DNA of 23,710 nt, from the NCBI GenBank assembly GCA_008080735.1, contig SHMW01000069.1, positions 1-23,710 of the forward strand, given 5' to 3'. This document shows, one piece after another, positions 1-8,712 of the stretch (its first letter is position 1; every line of letters starts with the position of its first letter). Under the pieces are notes generated by a model that was given only the letters and a program-made list of their open reading frames with translations, was not told the DNA's origin and did not search any database. The position numbers and the translations under genes are program-made. The stretch is from Promethearchaeota archaeon. Its GTDB lineage: Archaea > Asgardarchaeota > Lokiarchaeia > Sigyniarchaeales > SOKP01.

Positions 1-298
1 CCAAAGTAGTAATAAATAGCATTTTTTTTCTACCAAATTTATCAGAGAAGTATTGATTGAAAAATACGAAATAAATTCCTAAGGTGGCTATGGCGATCAC
101 TATTTGCATCGTTGCTTGGGCTATAGTTGGGTCCATCCCAAACGGATCAACCAAGAATTCTTTTATTACTTTTGAAGGAAACGCTGCAGTGTAGCTGGTC
201 GTGTATGCATCCATTATTTGGACAAGCGCTAAAATGATCATCATATAGATGAAATATTTTTTAGACCTCTGACCAATAGTTTTTTCAGTTGCAGTCAT
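1..298 (-). CDS. MFS transporter, N-terminal part (continues past the left edge of the window)
   Basis: Not in the ORF track; translated by hand from ATG at 298: MTATEKTIGQRSKKYFIYMMIILALVQIMDAYTTSYTAAFPSKVIKEFLVDPFGMDPTIAQATMQIVIAIATLGIYFVFFNQYFSDKFGRKKMLFITTL. Two hydrophobic helices are followed by MFS motif A (SDKFGRKK), with no stop before the window edge. Confidence 0.85.
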   Translation of the reverse strand, partial: MTATEKTIGQRSKKYFIYMMIILALVQIMDAYTTSYTAAFPSKVIKEFLVDPFGMDPTIAQATMQIVIAIATLGIYFVFFNQYFSDKFGRKKMLFITTL

Positions 299-320
299 AG
301 AGTATAAAATTTGTTTAAGT

Positions 321-330
321 TATATAAAAA
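321..330 (-). promoter_or_regulatory. Putative archaeal TATA box for the MFS gene (probably leaderless)
   Basis: Minus strand reads TTTTTATATA ending 22 nt before the ATG at 298, the usual spacing for archaeal leaderless transcripts. Confidence 0.5.
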
Positions 331-535
331 GGTTATCTTATTGTTTCTATAATTCCTACAGTATAATTTGACCTATTATCAAGAAAACATTTTTAGAATA
401 AGTATTAAAAAAGGAGTGTAGATTTTAACTCTTAATAGATATATCACAGACATTACTCAATATGAAAAATCGTTTTGGTGATTTTATATTCAAAACAATA
501 ATAAAGAAAATCGATCTGACACATTTTTAAATCAT

Positions 536-2647
536 TTGCTTCCATTTGATGAACGGGTTGAGGATCTAATTTCCCGATTTACTATTGATGAGAAGATATC
601 GCAAATCTTTAATATGTCCACAGAAATCGAGCGACTAAATATTCCGCATTATGATTGGCGAGATGAGGGGTTACAAGGGGTTGCATTTGTTGAAGAATCA
701 ACCATATTTCCGCAGGTTATTGCAATGGCAGCGACCTTTAATGATGAACTTATAGAAAGCGTAGCGAGCGTCATCGCAGAAGAGGCTCGAGCTCGACATC
801 ATCATTATCTCAAAAAAGGCGAGCAGCAACGTTGGACCGGATTAACGTATTCGACTCCTAATATCAATATTGTTCGAGACCCCAGATGGGGTAGAGGGCA
901 AGAAACTTTTGGGGAAGATCCCTATTTAACCTCCAGAATGGGTATTGCATTCTGTAAAGGGTTACAAGGATATGATCCTAAATATTTAAAAATTTCTGCG
1001 GAAGCTAAGCATTTTGTAGTCCATTCTGGCCCAGAAAATCGCAGACACGAGATTGACGTCCCAGTGTCTAAAAAAGATCTTTATGAAACATATTTACCTA
1101 CATTTAAAGCATGTATCCACGAGGGAAAAACAGAGGGAATTATGAGTGCTTATAATCGAGTTAATGGAGAACCTGCTTCTGCGAGTAAATTTTTGCTTCA
1201 GGAGATATTACGAGATGAGCTGGGGTTTGAAGGATACGTCATTTCTGATGGTGGGGCTATAAGAGACATCCACAAATATCATAAAGTGGCGGAGGATTAT
1301 GCCGAAGCAGCAGCTATGGCTTTAAAAGCTGGTTGTGATGTTTTAAACCCCTTTAATCTGGCAACTGTAGCAAAAGTAAAAAGATATCGGAGATCGGTCA
1401 AAAAAGCCTTGGACAAAGGTATTATCACCGAGGATGATATCGATAGAGCATTAAGAAGAGCATTTACGGCACGATTTAAGTTAGGAATGTTTGATCCCCC
1501 AGAGATAGTCCCATATACCAATATATCTTATGACGTAATCAATTCAGAAAAGCATCGTCAATTATCATATCATACGGCCCACGAGACGATTGTTTTATTG
1601 AAAAACGACTCTACACTACTCCCCTTAGATCTAGAGATTGGTTCAATTGCCTTAATTGGTCCAAATGCTGATAACCCAAAAGCGATGTACTATCCTCATT
1701 ATTATCCAAATCCTCCAAAAATAGTGACAATCCTTCAAGGAATACAAGAAAAAGCAGCGTCTCAAATAGAAATAAAATATGCTAAAGGATGCGAATTAGA
1801 GGGGTCTTCAGAGGATAAAGAACACGCAATTCGAATCGCGAAAGAATCAGATGTTATCATTGGCGTATTCGGACTGACGGGAGAGATTGAAGGTGAAGAG
1901 GGATATGTGTTAGGGCCTTTATGTGGAGATCGAGAGAATCTAAAATTACCAGAGGTCCAAGAAGAGCTCATTAAAGAATTGAGCGAAATAGATAAACCTT
2001 TTATATTAATTCTTACCAGCGGGAGTGCTCTTGATATTGGGTATGCCAAAGACAAAGTCCCAGCGATTATTCACACATGGTATGCGGGATGTGAAGGGGG
2101 AAACGCTATTGCGGATATTATTTTCGGAGAATATAACCCCGCGGGGAGGCTACCAATTACCTTTTATAAATCAGTTGACCAATTACCTGATTATGAAGAT
2201 TATAATATGGAGGGAAGGACATACCGCTATTTTGAGGGAGACATCATATATCCGTTTGGATATGGTCTAAGCTATTCTGGATTTGAATATAAAAACCTAC
2301 AAATCTCCCCTAAACAAATCAAAGAGGATGATAATATCGTAATAACCGTTGATATAGAAAATCTTGGTCCTTACTCGGGAGGAGAGGTCGTTCAGGTGTA
2401 CATTGGAAGAAATGATTTGGATTATAGAGTTCCCAAGCATGAATTAAAAGCCTTCAAACGAATTTTAATTGAAAAAGACCAAATTAAAACAGTCAATTTT
2501 ACACTAAACACATCAGCACTAAAATCGATAAATATGGAAGGGCAGTCGGTTTTCGAACCGGGAGAAATAACTTGTTATGTGGGGGGATGTCAACCTGGAT
2601 TTGGGTATGGTGCTATAGTGTCCCAAAAATTAACGTTGGACAAATAA
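536..2647 (+). CDS. Glycoside hydrolase family 3 (beta-xylosidase/beta-glucosidase type), probably cytoplasmic
   Basis: GH3 motifs RDPRWGRGQETFGEDP, AKHF, MSAYNRVNG, nucleophile motif VISDGGAI, IVLLKND, PAGRLPITFY, YPFGYGLSY, and a C-terminal FnIII-like EVVQVY..ELKAFKR. No signal peptide is visible. The true start may lie upstream (see findings). Confidence 0.93.
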   Translation: MLPFDERVEDLISRFTIDEKISQIFNMSTEIERLNIPHYDWRDEGLQGVAFVEESTIFPQVIAMAATFNDELIESVASVIAEEARARHHHYLKKGEQQRWTGLTYSTPNINIVRDPRWGRGQETFGEDPYLTSRMGIAFCKGLQGYDPKYLKISAEAKHFVVHSGPENRRHEIDVPVSKKDLYETYLPTFKACIHEGKTEGIMSAYNRVNGEPASASKFLLQEILRDELGFEGYVISDGGAIRDIHKYHKVAEDYAEAAAMALKAGCDVLNPFNLATVAKVKRYRRSVKKALDKGIITEDDIDRALRRAFTARFKLGMFDPPEIVPYTNISYDVINSEKHRQLSYHTAHETIVLLKNDSTLLPLDLEIGSIALIGPNADNPKAMYYPHYYPNPPKIVTILQGIQEKAASQIEIKYAKGCELEGSSEDKEHAIRIAKESDVIIGVFGLTGEIEGEEGYVLGPLCGDRENLKLPEVQEELIKELSEIDKPFILILTSGSALDIGYAKDKVPAIIHTWYAGCEGGNAIADIIFGEYNPAGRLPITFYKSVDQLPDYEDYNMEGRTYRYFEGDIIYPFGYGLSYSGFEYKNLQISPKQIKEDDNIVITVDIENLGPYSGGEVVQVYIGRNDLDYRVPKHELKAFKRILIEKDQIKTVNFTLNTSALKSINMEGQSVFEPGEITCYVGGCQPGFGYGAIVSQKLTLDK

Positions 2648-2739
2648 AATCAATATATTCCTATTTTTATTGGTTTCTTAATCTTTATCTCTTGTTTTAC
2701 AATCAGAAATAATATAAAAATAAAAAAGAAAATAATTAT

Positions 2740-5700
2740 TTATTCAAAACTTAGCTCTTTTCCGCAGTTTGGACAGAATTCTTTTGGACTCCCGATTTTT
2801 GTGCCACAGTATGGACAATAAAAAATTTCTCCTAGCTCTATTGGACTGGAGGATTCATATGAACTATATTGCGAGTCTTCACCATCTAAGGTGGGCTCAT
2901 ATTCTTGATAATAATCACGACCAGATTCCTCCGGCTGGATCTTTTTTCTCCTCCTCCTATATAAAACTGCAGCCAAAGCGATAATACCAATAACAATTGC
3001 GATTATTGTTATAATTAACACCCAATCTATAGCCGGATTGATAAAAAGGATTATAATGAACGGATCTTCGATGGATGCTCCTTCACTGTCAATAACATTT
3101 ACATATAAGATTCCAATGTAATCATTTTGTTGCGATGATGCCGCAGTAGAAACATCTTCACTCCCTTTTATCGAACTGTAGGGTAAAGTATTCGGTATTT
3201 TCAAAGTACCTCTATGTAATCCGGATTCAAAATCCATTGTTGAGACATAGTAGGTGGAAGGAACCATTAAGCTTATGGATTGGGAGCCACCAATGGGCTT
3301 TGATAATGCTGCCATAAAAAAGTTTACTGATACAGTGAGATTAGTATCTAAATCCTTAAATGAGGTACCAGTGTCATCCGCATCAATTTCAAAAGTTATG
3401 GTATCTCCTTGCGTGCCAGTTTGAGGATATATAAAATTCTCATCGCTTGTATCCGAAAAACTTTTTCTTGCAGAAGTCCCAATAGTAAAATATGAATTAT
3501 CTTCATCGATTATTGGTTTATAATTATTTATTTGAAAGAATTGGCGAGGTGAATTTGATGCAAAATAATTTCCTTCGAACGGTAAAATGTAAAAAATTCC
3601 ATAGCCAGGGGGATTGGACGGTATAGTTAACGTCTCATCATATCTTCCAAACGGATCAATTTTCTCATGATCTAAGACTAATGTATCATTGATCGTTTTT
3701 TCTTGATTATAAAAACTAAAAGAAAATAGTGAAATATATGAATTAATTATATCATAATCATTAGCATCCAAATCTGCTCGAAGTTGTATGGACCCTCCTT
3801 TATTTATATCATCAGGATTTGTACTTAAAGTTTGGATTGAAGGTATTTGGTTGGAATCATAATATAAAATTTTACTAGATTGGTTATACACGACCGAATG
3901 CACTGTAAAATTCACGATGAGTGTAAGTGGGTTAGAATCTGCACTGAAAGGAATAGTAACACTTTCATTTATGGCAATTCCATCATTTGGATAATTTAGA
4001 ATAATAGGCTCATAAGTATTTCCATCTGTAATATAAGCTGCAAGATTTCCATCTAATGTAGAATTATCGATGGGGTGATTTGAAGTTAAATTCTTACTGT
4101 AGATAGCGATGCCAAACTCGCCGCTTTGGGTTCTGGTCGTATTTAAACGTATGTTTAAAGAAACATTTTGCTCATCAAAATAGTAATCCATGAGATTCGA
4201 AAGTAAAGTTCTGTGGTTCTGATAATAATCACTCGTCTCAATCGAATAGTCATAATAAAGCCAATGTAGATCCCCAAATCCAACGATATTTCCCTTACCC
4301 TCCAAAGACCCGTTATATGCAAATCCTACATTCTGACTATTAATGGTCGCGATTGATTCAGCATTACCGGATATATTAAAGGAATGACCGTAAAGCCAAA
4401 GAAATCTATCAACACCCTGCATTAGTTCATGAGATAATGGAGTGGCTGGTATTGAATATATGCTTGAACCTAATCCTACCCATTGATCCAAAAGAATATT
4501 CTCTTCTTCGATTTGTGAACCGATATCCAGAGCAGAAAAGAGAGCGTTGATATTTTCGGAACACACTTCCTGATATCTCGTTCCCAAATATAAGATATTT
4601 CCACCAGAATTAAAATAATTGACTAAATTACTGATTTCTTTTGGGTTATAGGGAAGGATCGGTGCTTGAAGCACAACTAAATCATATTGAGCTAATCTTT
4701 CTTCAGTTAAGATATAGTTATCTGTGTCTTTATTGTAATATGGTTGCCAATATTCCATTAAATAGTCCGCAGAGATATTCAACTCGGCTAAATCTTTCAG
4801 TGCATCATAAAATCCAATTTGAACAAATGAAAATTGATCTTCTAGCCAATCGTTTAGACCATGGTACGACTCCATTAAAATTCTTTTTTCAGGTAATTTC
4901 ACATCAATAGAAATATTAGCAGTATCCCTAACTTCCCCATCAATCGTAAGATTCAATTGAAACTCATAAATACTTGGGATGGCATCAGTATCAATAGCGA
5001 TATTTATGGTTGAATAACCAATGTCACCATTACCGAAAACAAAGTTATCATTATCTAATAAAAGACTAATCCCATCAATATTTGGGTATTCAATATTAAT
5101 AGTATTGGCCATACCAGAAATAATGGAGAGATTGAGCGACTGTGAGTCTCCCGGAAAATTAAGCAGATCGAATGGCTTTATTGGCAAAAGGTCTGGGAAG
5201 AATCTGGTGATGTTATTCACGTTTGAATATGTTGAGTTAATTTCCTCTAAAAAGTCAAGAGAGGCTGAAACATTGATTAATCCCGCACCCGCTTTTAAAA
5301 ATTCATTATCCTCTAAATCAGAGAGAGGAGAGGCGCCTTCCATAAGAGCTATTCGAGCAGTTTCTGCGGTAAGTGATGGAAATGCTTCTTTTAATATCGC
5401 AATTGCTCCAGATACAACTGGGCAAGACATACTAGTCCCGCTTAAAGGGATATAATCCGCATCTCCCGCAAAATCGAAAAAGTCACCGATATATTTCTTT
5501 TCTTTCTCTATTACAGAATCTAAAGCCGATGTAGAGATGATATTCACTCCAGGAGCCACAACATCTGGAAATCCTAAGTATGAAAGTGAAGGACCCCAAC
5601 TACTAAAAGATGCCAAATTATTATCCTTATCAGACGCACCAACGCTAATCACATCGGGATGGCTTGCAGGAGTTCCGGCAGTATAATAATCGGGTCCAGA

Positions 5701-6705
5701 ATTGCCCGCAGAAGAAACAAAGATTGTACCATATGTATCTTTTGCGTTGGTAATCGCATCCCAAATATTCGGGTCTGCATCGAATAAAGAAGCTCCGAAA
5801 CTCATTGAAATAATTCCCGATTTTGCGGTTTGAACAGCCCATTCAATTGCATCTATTATATCAACGTTTAAAAGACCTCCAGAAACATTTCCTCCTTGAG
5901 CGTCTATCAAATTTACTCCAGGTGCCACACCGCGGTACAACCCACCAGAGCTGGCTCCACTACTTGCAATAATTCCCGCTACATGAGTGCCATGGCCATT
6001 AAGATCACCAGAACCGCCACCATATCTAACTAAATCTTCCCGAAGAATAACGTCTAAATCAGGATGATCATAAATCCCCGAGTCTATTACCGTCACATTT
6101 ACTCCCGTACCATCGTATTCGAGATTATCTGCGCCAATAGCTGAAATCCACCAGTTTGGATAAAAGTCCTCATTTAGTGCCGAAGATTCAATTTGATCAT
6201 CAATAATAACTGGTTGAGATACTGTTTTTATCTTATGTATTTTTTCGATGTCCCCATGATTAAATATTGAGTTTTCAATTTCTAATAATTCAAAACTGTT
6301 TAATTTACAATATACACCAGGGATAATATCATAATTCATAAATATTTGATATTTATCAAATAAAGACTGAATTATCTCAATTCGTTTTTCTTTTGGAATC
6401 TTTTTATTGAAACGAATGATAACTTCTACGCTTTCATCCGTAGTTAATTTTTCTGGACTCGAAAGATTTAGGTATTCATAGAGGTGCTTTCCAAAAATAG
6501 AACGCTCAGAATCATATTTCTTATTCCTAACAAGAGATTCATGCGATTTTATCCCATATTCATTAAAATTAACATTGGAAAGGTCTAGATTTTGTAAGTT
6601 AGATTGCTTAGAATTCGCTATGCTAATTCCGATGAGCGGAAAAATAAATTGGCTCACGACTATCAAAATAAGCATAGAATTAGCACGAAATAAAGGTTTT
6701 TTCAT
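2740..6705 (-). CDS. Membrane-anchored S8 subtilisin-like protease: signal/anchor, prodomain, S8 domain, Ig-like domain, GATase/GIFT-like domain, beta-rich domains, TM helix, cytosolic zinc ribbon (Site-1 protease-like architecture)
   Basis: Catalytic triad motifs VIDSG, NGHGTHVAG and SGTSMSCP, plus oxyanion motif SAGNSG. There is an N-terminal hydrophobic segment, many N-x-S/T sequons, a TM helix WVLIITIIAIVIGIIALAAVLY followed by RRRRKK, and a terminal CPYCG-x9-CPNCG. Confidence 0.92.
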   Translation of the reverse strand: MKKPLFRANSMLILIVVSQFIFPLIGISIANSKQSNLQNLDLSNVNFNEYGIKSHESLVRNKKYDSERSIFGKHLYEYLNLSSPEKLTTDESVEVIIRFNKKIPKEKRIEIIQSLFDKYQIFMNYDIIPGVYCKLNSFELLEIENSIFNHGDIEKIHKIKTVSQPVIIDDQIESSALNEDFYPNWWISAIGADNLEYDGTGVNVTVIDSGIYDHPDLDVILREDLVRYGGGSGDLNGHGTHVAGIIASSGASSGGLYRGVAPGVNLIDAQGGNVSGGLLNVDIIDAIEWAVQTAKSGIISMSFGASLFDADPNIWDAITNAKDTYGTIFVSSAGNSGPDYYTAGTPASHPDVISVGASDKDNNLASFSSWGPSLSYLGFPDVVAPGVNIISTSALDSVIEKEKKYIGDFFDFAGDADYIPLSGTSMSCPVVSGAIAILKEAFPSLTAETARIALMEGASPLSDLEDNEFLKAGAGLINVSASLDFLEEINSTYSNVNNITRFFPDLLPIKPFDLLNFPGDSQSLNLSIISGMANTINIEYPNIDGISLLLDNDNFVFGNGDIGYSTINIAIDTDAIPSIYEFQLNLTIDGEVRDTANISIDVKLPEKRILMESYHGLNDWLEDQFSFVQIGFYDALKDLAELNISADYLMEYWQPYYNKDTDNYILTEERLAQYDLVVLQAPILPYNPKEISNLVNYFNSGGNILYLGTRYQEVCSENINALFSALDIGSQIEEENILLDQWVGLGSSIYSIPATPLSHELMQGVDRFLWLYGHSFNISGNAESIATINSQNVGFAYNGSLEGKGNIVGFGDLHWLYYDYSIETSDYYQNHRTLLSNLMDYYFDEQNVSLNIRLNTTRTQSGEFGIAIYSKNLTSNHPIDNSTLDGNLAAYITDGNTYEPIILNYPNDGIAINESVTIPFSADSNPLTLIVNFTVHSVVYNQSSKILYYDSNQIPSIQTLSTNPDDINKGGSIQLRADLDANDYDIINSYISLFSFSFYNQEKTINDTLVLDHEKIDPFGRYDETLTIPSNPPGYGIFYILPFEGNYFASNSPRQFFQINNYKPIIDEDNSYFTIGTSARKSFSDTSDENFIYPQTGTQGDTITFEIDADDTGTSFKDLDTNLTVSVNFFMAALSKPIGGSQSISLMVPSTYYVSTMDFESGLHRGTLKIPNTLPYSSIKGSEDVSTAASSQQNDYIGILYVNVIDSEGASIEDPFIIILFINPAIDWVLIITIIAIVIGIIALAAVLYRRRRKKIQPEESGRDYYQEYEPTLDGEDSQYSSYESSSPIELGEIFYCPYCGTKIGSPKEFCPNCGKELSFE

Positions 6706-7124
6706 ATTGGTTAAAAATTATGCCGATTATTTATTTGTACTTTTAATAGATTAAAATGGAAAAAAATGTACCTATATATAGGTTTTATATAGAGAATCTA
6801 TCATTCAGAATTTGTATGTTCAGAGATTTCGGGATATTTATAATTATTAGATTTAGTTCAGATGAGGGATATGACCACGACTAATTTGCGCTCATTCATT
6901 TCTGGTATCTGTAGATTAGTAAAAATTGACCATCCACTTAAATCCAAATCAACTAAATCTTATTTTTGATAAAAAGGAGTTTATATTTTCGAGAATTAAA
7001 CATAATAACATTTGGTTATTTCGCTTTATCTACCTAGAGAAAACCAAAATTTTTTTAGAAATAATACACTAATTTCTTTAGCCTTAAAAAAGATGTTTAT
7101 CATTCTAAAATATTAATACTAAGT

Positions 7125-7252
7125 GGGGTCGTGGATTAGCGGAAGATCACTCGCTTGGCAAGATTGGAAATAGCCCAATCCCATAGTGCGAGAGGCCGGG
7201 GGTTCGATCTGAGGAAAATCTCTTTCCTCGGGAACAAATCCCCCCGACTCCA
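7125..7252 (+). tRNA. tRNA-Ala(GGC) with two introns (37/38: 7161-7186; 58/59: 7208-7237); CCA not encoded
   Basis: Acceptor stem GGGGTCG(7125-7131)/CGACTCC(7245-7251) with the G3:U70 alanine identity pair and discriminator A7252. D-stem GATT/GATC; anticodon stem CTCGC/GCGAG with anticodon GGC (7157-7159); T-stem GGGGG/CCCCC. The T-loop TTCGA|AT is restored once the second intron is removed. Both introns fold into bulge-helix-bulge motifs. Confidence 0.95.
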
Positions 7253-7525
7253 TTCATTAATATTTATTCTCAAGCATTCTTTAAACTACCAATTATTTTT
7301 AAGAAATTAATTCTACATATTCTTTCTAAAAAATAAAATTAAAAGAGTTCTTTTCGTTAGCAGACCGTTGAAGAGGTTCAGAGGAGCGGTAATTCATATT
7401 CTGAAGGTGATATATTCTCACTCTAACATTCTGTTCATATTTGGACATTTATCGATCCAGGAAATCTTTCAAGAATGACGTAAAAATATTTAAGATTTTT
7501 ATATCAAAAGGAGCAATTAATTCTT

Positions 7526-8359
7526 ATGAAATTTGAACAATTACTATATGAGGAAAGAGATCAAGTTGCGTGGATTACTTTGAGCAGAGCTAAAGCTCTT
7601 AATGCTTTAAGCATGCAATTATCAAAAGAACTAACAGAAGCAATAAGATATGTACGAGATAATTTAGAAATCAAATTTATGGTGATCAAAGGTGCGGGAA
7701 ATAATTTTTCTGTAGGCGATGATATCAAAGAAATGATAAAATGGGGAGATGCCAATCAAATAATGCGAAGGGTGCGTTATTATCAGAGTATGGCAAATCA
7801 GTTAGAAGAATTAGATAAAATTACAATCGCAGCGGTTGATGGTTATGCTGTGGGTGGTGGACTTGAAATAACGATGGCATGCGACTTTGTTATTGCTACT
7901 GAGCGTGCCAAGTGGGGGATGCCTGAGGTAGATGTGGGTATAACACCAGGATGGGGTGGAACTACCCGATTGTCCCGATTGATCGGAAGAAGAAGAGCAA
8001 AAGAAATAAACTTCATTGGAGCACTCCAAAACGCCCAAAAAGCGGTAGATTGGAATTTATGGAATCGCGTTGTCCCAAATGATCAATTAGATGAGGAAGT
8101 TGATAAATTATTGGAAGTTCTTCGCTCAAAAAATCAACAAGGGTTACGCCAGCTCAAATTTATGATTAATCGTGGTGTAGAGTGCGATTTATATACCGCA
8201 CAAGGATTCGAAGCGCTATCAGCGGGTTTGACGGGTGCAGTTAGTGGAATGTGGAAAATAAAAGACGCAGACCAAGGTAAAGGGATCTTTGGATTTAAAG
8301 ATAAAGATGGTCTATGGCAAAAACGCAGAACTCTTGCTAAAGACTTTTGGACGGATTAG
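7526..8359 (+). CDS. Enoyl-CoA hydratase/isomerase (crotonase superfamily)
   Basis: VAWITLSR..ALNALS, FSVGDDI, IAAVDGYAVGGGLE, CDFVIA, MPEVDVGITPGWGGTTRLSRLIG; both catalytic glutamates are present. GGAG lies upstream of the ATG. Confidence 0.93.
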   Translation: MKFEQLLYEERDQVAWITLSRAKALNALSMQLSKELTEAIRYVRDNLEIKFMVIKGAGNNFSVGDDIKEMIKWGDANQIMRRVRYYQSMANQLEELDKITIAAVDGYAVGGGLEITMACDFVIATERAKWGMPEVDVGITPGWGGTTRLSRLIGRRRAKEINFIGALQNAQKAVDWNLWNRVVPNDQLDEEVDKLLEVLRSKNQQGLRQLKFMINRGVECDLYTAQGFEALSAGLTGAVSGMWKIKDADQGKGIFGFKDKDGLWQKRRTLAKDFWTD

Positions 8360-8712
8360 AGAAACAAAGAAAGACTCAAATTTTTATTCATATTTTTTAA
8401 ACATTTTTACCGAATTTGAAAGATTATGTAAATAATCATCGTGAAACGGTCCTTTCGTGAAAAATCATATATATTGCTATATTACTCTCATTAATAAAGG
8501 AACAACAATTTAAGCCAAAATTTCTGATATTATAATAGGGTATAAATCTTACAATTCAATTTGCTGAGTTTGAAAAATAGATATCAAAATATCAAAAAAG
8601 GAGCTTATAGGGTATACAAAACTAAAAATCCATAGTGAAATCACCCTAACTAGAGAAAAACTCAATCTATTTATACTTCTTATTATATTTTTTATTGCTC
8701 ATTTAGTAATTA

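Noticed and set aside
1297-2270. Short ORFs 1297-1521(-), 1762-2055(-), 2025-2270(+)
   Set aside because: They lie wholly within the well-supported GH3 gene and have no recognisable motifs; shadow frames.
2769-5842. ORFs 2769-2984, 4641-4910, 5021-5455 (+) and 5645-5842 (-)
   Set aside because: Antisense or alternate frames inside the S8 protease gene.
6871-6931. Possible SECIS-like element (ATGA...TGA flanking a stem)
   Set aside because: Stem spacing and apical loop do not fit the SECIS pattern, and no same-strand selenoprotein gene lies upstream.
6858-6959. Minus-strand frame DLVDLDLSGWSIF... resembling an LRR fragment
   Set aside because: Preceded directly by an in-frame TAA, only 33 codons long, and contains a single LxxLDLS-like match.
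7326-7448. 40-codon minus-strand ORF MSKYEQNVRV...FNFIF downstream of the tRNA
   Set aside because: No motif or clear expression signals; cannot be supported from sequence alone.
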